Made by a program: the position numbers and the translations under genes
Shown: in pieces, positions 10,005-16,006 of the stretch
How positions within the stretch are numbered: position 1 is the first letter of the stretch
How the letters are laid out: every line of letters starts with the position of its first letter
Notes under the pieces: model-generated
Told to the model about the DNA's origin: nothing
The model's input: the letters and a program-made list of their open reading frames with translations, nothing else
Databases searched by the model: none
NCBI GenBank assembly: GCA_029564175.1
Contig: JAKQQL010000144.1
Coordinates: forward strand, 1 to 16,006
DNA from: Candidatus Cloacimonadota bacterium
GTDB lineage: Bacteria; Cloacimonadota; Cloacimonadia; Cloacimonadales; WRIO01
DNA: 16,006 bases
Direction: 5' to 3'

Positions 10005-11060
10005 ATGAACCGGACAAATAGAATAATCATTGTGGCAATCATCATTCTGTTATTAGTATTGATTGGGTACCAGTTAAGATTGAAGTCATCCAGAGAATCA
10101 GGAGATGAAAACCATTCTCAGCAAGATTCTCTTCTGTTTGGATTAGCGACAGGATATGGCGGTCTGGGCGATAAAGCATTTAATGATATGCAGTTTAAAG
10201 GCATGTTACTGGCCAAAAAAAACCATCAGATTAACTTTATCTATGAAGCACCTGATGAGAATAAAGATGACGCAAGCGTTATTGAAAGCCTGATTGCAAA
10301 AAAAGCGAACATCATCATTGCGGGAGGGGGATTTCACATGGTTGATCCTGTAGATTCTCTTGCATTAAAATATCCACAGGTTAAATTTATCATTATTGAT
10401 GACCAGGCAAAGCATTATTACCCGAATGTGGCCTCTATTCAGTTTAAACAAAATGAAGGGTCATTTCTCATAGGTGCATTATGTGCAATGGAATCGAAAA
10501 CCAAAAAAGTGGCGATGTTAGGAGCAGACAATATCACGATTATCAATGATTTTTATGAAGGCTTTAAGAGTGGGGTAGCCTATATCGATCCGGAAATCAA
10601 ACCAATTATTCGTTATATTTCTGACACAGATAAGACGAATTCTCCTTTCGCAAATCCACAGGTCGCTCACAAAATTGCTGATCAACTTTATCAAAATGAA
10701 AATGTAGATATCATCTATCAAGTTGCAGCTGGATCTGGCATGGGTGTCTTTAATTCAGCAAAACAAAATAAAAAATTTGCCATTGGTGTAGATTCAGATC
10801 AGGATTATCTTGCAGAAGGTTATATTCTCACCAGCATGATGAAAAACCTTGATATTGCGATTGATATGATTGTTGGCAAAATCCTCTCTGAAGGATTTTC
10901 AAATACGCCTTACAAATTAGGATTAAAAGAAAAAGGAGTTGGATTATCTGATATGAGCTTTACAAAAGAAAATGTTAATCCGGATACGATTCAAAGGCTC
11001 AAACAAATTGAAACAGATATTATTCAGGGAATATTAATCGTTCCAACGCTTATTCCTTAA
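10005..11060 (+). CDS. BMP/PnrA(TmpC)-family solute-binding protein, N-terminal hydrophobic anchor without lipobox (351 aa)
   Basis: Start moved from GTG 9978 to ATG 10005, which follows SD GGAGG. Motifs GGLGDKAFN, FKQNEGSFLIGA, DIIYQVAAGSGMGVF, AIGVDSDQ and ILTSMMK. No Cys follows the hydrophobic stretch IIIVAIIILLLVLIGY. Confidence 0.9.
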   Translation: MNRTNRIIIVAIIILLLVLIGYQLRLKSSRESGDENHSQQDSLLFGLATGYGGLGDKAFNDMQFKGMLLAKKNHQINFIYEAPDENKDDASVIESLIAKKANIIIAGGGFHMVDPVDSLALKYPQVKFIIIDDQAKHYYPNVASIQFKQNEGSFLIGALCAMESKTKKVAMLGADNITIINDFYEGFKSGVAYIDPEIKPIIRYISDTDKTNSPFANPQVAHKIADQLYQNENVDIIYQVAAGSGMGVFNSAKQNKKFAIGVDSDQDYLAEGYILTSMMKNLDIAIDMIVGKILSEGFSNTPYKLGLKEKGVGLSDMSFTKENVNPDTIQRLKQIETDIIQGILIVPTLIP

Positions 11061-11071
11061 TCGGGGGAATC

Positions 11072-13264
11072 ATGAAAAAATATGTTAATGATTTAAAGCT
11101 CAGTACAAAAATCACTGCATTTATCACACTGATTCTTTTATTTTCATTATTTCTCATTAATGCTGTTTTAATCAAATCTTATTACAATACACTCATCCGT
11201 AAAGAAAAAGAAAAAGGGAATGAGATTACCCGTATGTTTGCTCAGTTAAGTGTCAATCCCTTGTACCGGCAAGACTACTATACGCTTGAAAGTAATGTCA
11301 TTCAATTACAGAAATCCCCTTCTATTCTCTCTGCAAGAGTGTATGACAATACTGGCATTATTGTCACACCTTCCAGTAACGAAGTAGCCAATAAGAAAAA
11401 CAATTTCATCATTATTCAGGAAGATTTAACAATTGACAAGATTGTTATTGGTAAAGTTGAAGTCATTATCGATTTATCAGACTCTGTACAACAGGCAAGA
11501 ATCTATCAGTTAAAAATGTTTTTATCCAGTCTGATGATTGTAATTCTTGTATTAATTCTATTATATTATCTGATCAGACTCATTGTCTTAAAGCCACTCA
11601 CGAATGTGATTAATAGTGTTTCTTCCATTTCTGAAGGCAATCTGGATCAACAAATACCGATTTATTCCAATGATGAAATTGGTATTCTTTCTAAAGATTT
11701 CAACCAAATGACCCTTACCCTGAAAAACAATATCTCAATCACCAAAAGCATTTTAGAATCGATGCCTGGCTTGCTTATTGCCACCAACAATTCATACAAA
11801 ATCTTGAAATGGAACAGTCAGGTATCCAGATTTTTTGATGTTAAAGCTGATCTGAATGAGAGTATTCTTTGGGATTCAATACCTTTCTTTAACAAATACA
11901 AAGAAATATGCAATGAAGTCTTAAAAAATAATACGCCTATCCGCTTGCATCGAGAATCCTATATCAATAAACCAGATCAATTTTTCGAAATATTTCTATT
12001 CCCGCTTGTAATTGATCAGGAACAGGGTTTAGTCATCAGCATGGATGATGTTACGGAAACCGAGAAAAAAGATGCACAGTTGAGGCAAGCTCAAAAAATG
12101 GATACTATTGGCACATTAGCCGGTGGTCTGGCTCATGATTTTAATAACATTCTATGTGGTATCATTGGCACTCTTTCGCTATTCAAGCATAAACTCTATC
12201 ATTCAGCCAGTTTCTCAATTGAAGAGGCAAAACGTTATACCCAAACCATTGAAGATGCTACCAATCGGGCTGAAGATCTGGTTCAACAGTTTCTAAGTTT
12301 ATCCCGCAAACATGAAATTCATGTCAGCAAAATTGATCTCAATCAATCCTTAAAACATGTCAGTAAAATCAGCAGCAATACCTTTGACAAATCTGTCAGT
12401 ATTGATGTTCAATATTTCCCGGAACCAGCACTTACCCTGGCAGATCAGACTCAAATAGAACAAGTTATCCTGAATCTTTGTATCAATGCTTACCACTCCA
12501 TGACCATTATGAGACCTGATAATCAGGGTGGGGTGTTGAGACTCTCTCTCGAGAAAATCAATGCCGACAAATATTTCATTCGGACCCATCCTGAAGCAAT
12601 GGAAATTAATTACTGGAAAATTTCGGTCAGTGATACCGGAGTAGGAATCAGCAAAGAGAATCTGCAAAAGATATTTGACCCTTTCTTTACTACCAAAGCC
12701 AAAGATAAAGGAACCGGACTTGGCCTTACCATGGTTTATAACATTATTAAACAACATAATGGATTTATTGAAATCTTTTCAGAGCTGAATGCAGGAACTA
12801 ATATGGTCGTTTATCTCCCACATTTAGCAACAGAAAATGCCATCATTCTGTTAAAAGAGGAAAAAGAACTCATTTACAAGGGCAATCAGGAAACTGTTCT
12901 AATCGTAGATGATGAAGCAGTGATCTTACAGATTGCCAAAGATATACTGCTGGAATCCAATTATCAGGTACTGTGTGCTTCTGACGGTATAGAAGCACTT
13001 GATATTTATAAAGACAAAATGAATGATATCAAGCTGGTTGTTCTGGATATGCTGATGCCCAAAAAAAGTGGCAGAGACACATTTATTGAGCTAAAAGCAC
13101 TCAATCCGGAAGTGAAAGTACTCTTATGCTCAGGGTTTAAAAAAGATGAACGGGTTGAAGAAATCATGAGTCTGGGAATCAATCACTTTATTCAAAAGCC
13201 CTATACCCTGCATAAATTATCTAAAATGGTTTATGATATCCTGAAAGGAAATTCTTCACAATAG
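11072..13264 (+). CDS. Hybrid sensor histidine kinase: TM, short periplasmic domain, TM, HAMP, PAS, HisKA, HATPase, receiver
   Basis: HAMP ([14 protein letters not shown]), H-box [22 protein letters not shown]-box [11 protein letters not shown]1 DTGVGI, F/G2 FDPFFTTK...GTGLGL, receiver VDDE / VLDMLMP / CSG / QKPY. Starts 11 nt after the BMP gene, with a GGGGG SD. Confidence 0.94.
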   Translation: MKKYVNDLKLSTKITAFITLILLFSLFLINAVLIKSYYNTLIRKEKEKGNEITRMFAQLSVNPLYRQDYYTLESNVIQLQKSPSILSARVYDNTGIIVTPSSNEVANKKNNFIIIQEDLTIDKIVIGKVEVIIDLSDSVQQARIYQLKMFLSSLMIVILVLILLYYLIRLIVLKPLTNVINSVSSISEGNLDQQIPIYSNDEIGILSKDFNQMTLTLKNNISITKSILESMPGLLIATNNSYKILKWNSQVSRFFDVKADLNESILWDSIPFFNKYKEICNEVLKNNTPIRLHRESYINKPDQFFEIFLFPLVIDQEQGLVISMDDVTETEKKDAQLRQAQKMDTIGTLAGGLAHDFNNILCGIIGTLSLFKHKLYHSASFSIEEAKRYTQTIEDATNRAEDLVQQFLSLSRKHEIHVSKIDLNQSLKHVSKISSNTFDKSVSIDVQYFPEPALTLADQTQIEQVILNLCINAYHSMTIMRPDNQGGVLRLSLEKINADKYFIRTHPEAMEINYWKISVSDTGVGISKENLQKIFDPFFTTKAKDKGTGLGLTMVYNIIKQHNGFIEIFSELNAGTNMVVYLPHLATENAIILLKEEKELIYKGNQETVLIVDDEAVILQIAKDILLESNYQVLCASDGIEALDIYKDKMNDIKLVVLDMLMPKKSGRDTFIELKALNPEVKVLLCSGFKKDERVEEIMSLGINHFIQKPYTLHKLSKMVYDILKGNSSQ

Positions 13265-13566
13265 TTTGAGTTGATAAAAACTGTTTTAACATCATCATCT
13301 CAGAGGTAAACTGGTAAATCAGATCTCATTAAAAAAGTATTCATTTTTTGATCAGATTATGTATGAGATAGACTCATAGCGACAGTACTAATATATTTAT
13401 ATAAAAATATACCTATAAACATCTTCATGTTATTATTTTATCTATTTCTTCTCTCTTTCACTCTTTTTCTTTCTTATTCAAACCCTTATCCTCCATAAAC
13501 ATTATTTTTTATAAATTCCTTTTAAAAAATCTATCAAGTATTATTGAAAATACATAGAATTATTAT

Positions 13567-13595
13567 TTGACTTTTCTTTAAAAATCAGTTAGATT
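13567..13595 (+). promoter_or_regulatory. Sigma70-type promoter for the corrinoid cassette
   Basis: TTGACT (13567-13572), 17-nt spacer, TAGATT (13590-13595), then SD AAGGGGG (13606-13612) and ATG at 13618. Confidence 0.65.
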
Positions 13596-13617
13596 TTAAA
13601 AAGACAAGGGGGTATAA

Positions 13618-14244
13618 ATGAATCAAATGACAAAATCATTTTATGAGGCTTTACTCGAGCTCAATCGGATTAAAGCCCTCCAAATCTTTAAAGATGCCCT
13701 GAAAGATATTACAGCTCTGGAATTTATAGAAAATATCATGAGGGAGGCACTTGACATTATGGGTAAAGGATGGGAAGAAGGGACTGTTGCCTTATCACAA
13801 GTCTATATGAGTGGAAAAATCTGTGAAGAGATAATCAACAGCGAATTAAAGGACTTTTTTTATGAACAAGATGAAAAATCAGAGATTGCTATTGCTGTTT
13901 TGGAAGATTATCATTTTTTAGGCAAAAGAATTGTTTACTCATTTCTCAGACTTAATGGGTTTTCTGTCATTGATTATGGGGGGAAAAGCGTCAATGAGTT
14001 AGTTGAAGCAGTAAAAAGAGATCAGATAAAAATTCTCCTGGTCTCCGTTTTAATGCTTTCATCTGCGCTCAGGGTAAAAGAACTTAAAAAAGCATTGTCA
14101 GATGTAGATGTAAAAATCATTGTCGGGGGAGCGCCTTTTCGTTTTGACCAGGAATTGTGGAAATCCGTCGGAGCTGATGCGATGGGTAACAGTGCACAGG
14201 ATGCGGTTGAAATAGTTCAGAAAATGACAGGAGGGGACAAATGA
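13618..14244 (+). CDS. Corrinoid (B12-binding) protein, MtaC/MtbC-like: helical cap + Rossmann B12-binding domain
   Basis: Cap motif MGKGWEEG...SQVYMSG. Base-off/His-on motif D-x-H-x-x-G (EDYHFLG, H99), S-x-L (VSVLM) and IIVGGA...VGADA. Confidence 0.92.
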   Translation: MNQMTKSFYEALLELNRIKALQIFKDALKDITALEFIENIMREALDIMGKGWEEGTVALSQVYMSGKICEEIINSELKDFFYEQDEKSEIAIAVLEDYHFLGKRIVYSFLRLNGFSVIDYGGKSVNELVEAVKRDQIKILLVSVLMLSSALRVKELKKALSDVDVKIIVGGAPFRFDQELWKSVGADAMGNSAQDAVEIVQKMTGGDK

Positions 14245-15284
14245 CGATGAATTCCATGCAAAGGGTATTGACCAGTTTAAGCCATAAAGAACCAGACAGA
14301 GTGCCCCTTTTTCTACTGACTTCCATGCAGGGAGCAAAAGAGCTGAAAATGTCACTCAAAGATTACTATGCTTCCGCTGAACGCCTGGCTGAAGCTCAGA
14401 TTAAAATGAAAATCAAATACAGAAATGACTGTTATTATAGTTTTTTCTATGCTCCGGTTGAAACAGAAGCCTTTGGTGCTGATGTCATCTATAAAGAAGA
14501 CGGACCAGTCAATTCAGGCAACCCCTTTATTAAAACAGCTCATGATATTGAAAACCTTGTCATACCAGAGATAGAAGATGCGCCAAGCCTGAAAAAAGTA
14601 ATCACAGCCACCCGTTTGTTAAAACAGGAAGCAGGGGATCAGACACCCATCATTGGCGTTGTCATGTCACCCTTCTCTTTGCCGGTTATGCAGATGGGCT
14701 TTGAGCGGTATCTGGATTTAATTCATGAGGAACCTGTATTATTTAACAAACTCATGCAGAAAAATGAAGCATTTTGTGTAAAATGGGCAAATGCCCAGTT
14801 AGAAGCCGGCGCAACTGCGATTTGTTACTTTGATCCGGTTTCATCTCCTACCATCATTCCACCTGAACTTTACAGAAAAACCGGATTTGTCGTAGCAAAA
14901 AATACAATTTCACAGATAAAAGGGGCAACAGCCACTCATCTGGCTTCCGGCAGATGCCTGGATATTGCGGATGATTTATGCCAGACAGGTACTTATGTCG
15001 TTGGTACATCAGTTGAAGAAGACCTTGAAACCCTTAAAAGCACATTTCAAAATAAACTAACCATACTCGGTAATTTAAACGGAATAGAAATGTGCCGATG
15101 GACACCCGAAGAGGCAGAAATCCATGTAAAAACTGCCATTCAGAAAGCCGGAAAAGGTGGCGGGTTTATACTCTCAGATAACCATGGTGAGATCCCTTAT
15201 CAGGTATCAGAAAAAACCTTAATGGCAATCTCTGATGCGGTTCAAAAATGGGGCAACTATCCCTTGATGGAACGTAATGACTGA
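14241..15284 (+). CDS. UroD/MetE-superfamily protein, MtaA/CmuA-like (methylcobalamin-dependent methyltransferase homolog)
   Basis: MNSMQRV...PDRVP start, EAFGA, QLEAGA...DP, ILGNL and GGGFILS motifs. ATGA overlap with the corrinoid gene and SD AGGAGG. Confidence 0.88.
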   Translation: MTMNSMQRVLTSLSHKEPDRVPLFLLTSMQGAKELKMSLKDYYASAERLAEAQIKMKIKYRNDCYYSFFYAPVETEAFGADVIYKEDGPVNSGNPFIKTAHDIENLVIPEIEDAPSLKKVITATRLLKQEAGDQTPIIGVVMSPFSLPVMQMGFERYLDLIHEEPVLFNKLMQKNEAFCVKWANAQLEAGATAICYFDPVSSPTIIPPELYRKTGFVVAKNTISQIKGATATHLASGRCLDIADDLCQTGTYVVGTSVEEDLETLKSTFQNKLTILGNLNGIEMCRWTPEEAEIHVKTAIQKAGKGGGFILSDNHGEIPYQVSEKTLMAISDAVQKWGNYPLMERND

Positions 15285-15936
15285 AACCTTGTATTTATCA
15301 GTCTGTTCTCACTTCAGGCGGGAAGTCGATACCATTCTGGCTGAAATTGATAATATCAATATCAAGCCCCTGTTTTATCCGCCCTTGTGTATCTTCCGTT
15401 CTGAAAACCAAAAAGTCATAAGCCATATTCTGGATAATATACCAGATAACTGCATTTTGAATTTACTTACAGGCTGTATGATTGCAGAAAAAGATTTGAG
15501 TAAAAACCAAGACAGAATCGTTCATCTGAAAGAAAATTCCTGTTTCTACTTTCTGCTCAATGCAGAAATGGTTGATGACTTAATTGCCAAAGGGAATTAT
15601 CTGCTAAGTCCCGGATGGCTGATTCATTGGAGAGAGTACCTGAAACACTGGGGATTTTCGCAGGATCTGGCAAGTGATTTTTTCAAAGAATCTGCTAAAC
15701 AGCTGGTTTTACTTGATACAGGTCTGATACCTGATATTGAGAAAGAAATAGACGCTTTTTCAAAATATGTCAATTTACCTTATCAGATTATCTTTACAGG
15801 GATTAGCCATTTCAGACTATATCTGAATCAGGTAATCAGTAGATGGCTAAACACTCAAAAAAACAGACTGATTCTATCAATATCTCCGAAATTCAAAAGA
15901 AAAATTCAGATCTCAGTATGGCACTTGATATTTTAA
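15277..15936 (+). CDS. DUF1638-like Cys-containing protein; the last ~24 aa are probably out of frame (see findings)
   Basis: 8-nt overlap (ATGACTGA) with the upstream gene. Motifs VC..F..E, TGC, NSCF, YLLSPGW...W and LVLLDTG recall DUF1638. Confidence 0.7.
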   Translation: MTETLYLSVCSHFRREVDTILAEIDNINIKPLFYPPLCIFRSENQKVISHILDNIPDNCILNLLTGCMIAEKDLSKNQDRIVHLKENSCFYFLLNAEMVDDLIAKGNYLLSPGWLIHWREYLKHWGFSQDLASDFFKESAKQLVLLDTGLIPDIEKEIDAFSKYVNLPYQIIFTGISHFRLYLNQVISRWLNTQKNRLILSISPKFKRKIQISVWHLIF

Positions 15937-16006
15937 GTCATCTGAGTGCTATTTATGAAGAAAATACAGTCATTCATGAAGTACAAATGCTATTTTCGAT
16001 GCTGTT
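15843..16006 (+). CDS. Open -1 frame running off the window: probable continuation of the DUF1638-like protein, or a separate overlapping gene
   Basis: After TAG at 15840-15842 the frame is open to the edge: MAKHSKKQTDSINISEIQKKNSDLSMALDILSHLSAIYEENTVIHEVQMLFSML. It reads as amphipathic helices and is absent from the supplied ORF track. Confidence 0.7.
   Translation, partial: MAKHSKKQTDSINISEIQKKNSDLSMALDILSHLSAIYEENTVIHEVQMLFSML

Noticed and set aside
13265..13617. Cobalamin riboswitch upstream of the corrinoid gene
   Set aside because: No GGGAA/B12-box motifs, and the predicted promoter leaves a leader of only about 16 nt.
2227..14359. Short ORFs of 61-167 aa overlapping the main genes (e.g. 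8943-9446 +, 12350-12757 -, 14098-14355 -)
   Set aside because: All lie inside well-supported genes, antisense or off-frame, and show no recognisable motifs.
14241..15284. hemE (true uroporphyrinogen decarboxylase)
   Set aside because: Lacks the N-terminal W-x-M-R-Q-A-G-R motif, and is coupled to a corrinoid protein rather than heme genes.

Overview
AT-rich bacterial window, probably from an anaerobic diderm (lineage cannot be fixed from sequence alone), dominated by signal transduction genes. In order: (1) the 5'-truncated tail of a large beta-rich envelope protein; (2) a receiver + HisKA protein with no ATPase domain, a LivK-type lipoprotein, and a BarA/RcsC-type sensor kinase with no receiver domain; (3) a terminator and a REP-like doublet; (4) a lone purL on the minus strand; (5) a divergent BMP/PnrA-family binding protein and a hybrid sensor kinase; (6) a separately promoted, translationally coupled cassette of corrinoid protein, atypical MtaA/UroD-family protein and DUF1638-like protein. 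Neither binding protein has an ABC permease or ATPase in the window, and no DNA-binding regulator is visible. The best candidate for an undescribed system is the cassette at the right end, which looks like a corrinoid-dependent sensing module rather than a catabolic one. The DUF1638-like gene appears to continue past the window edge in the -1 frame, across an A7 run (A_AAA_AAC). All family assignments come from motif recognition by eye; no searches were run.
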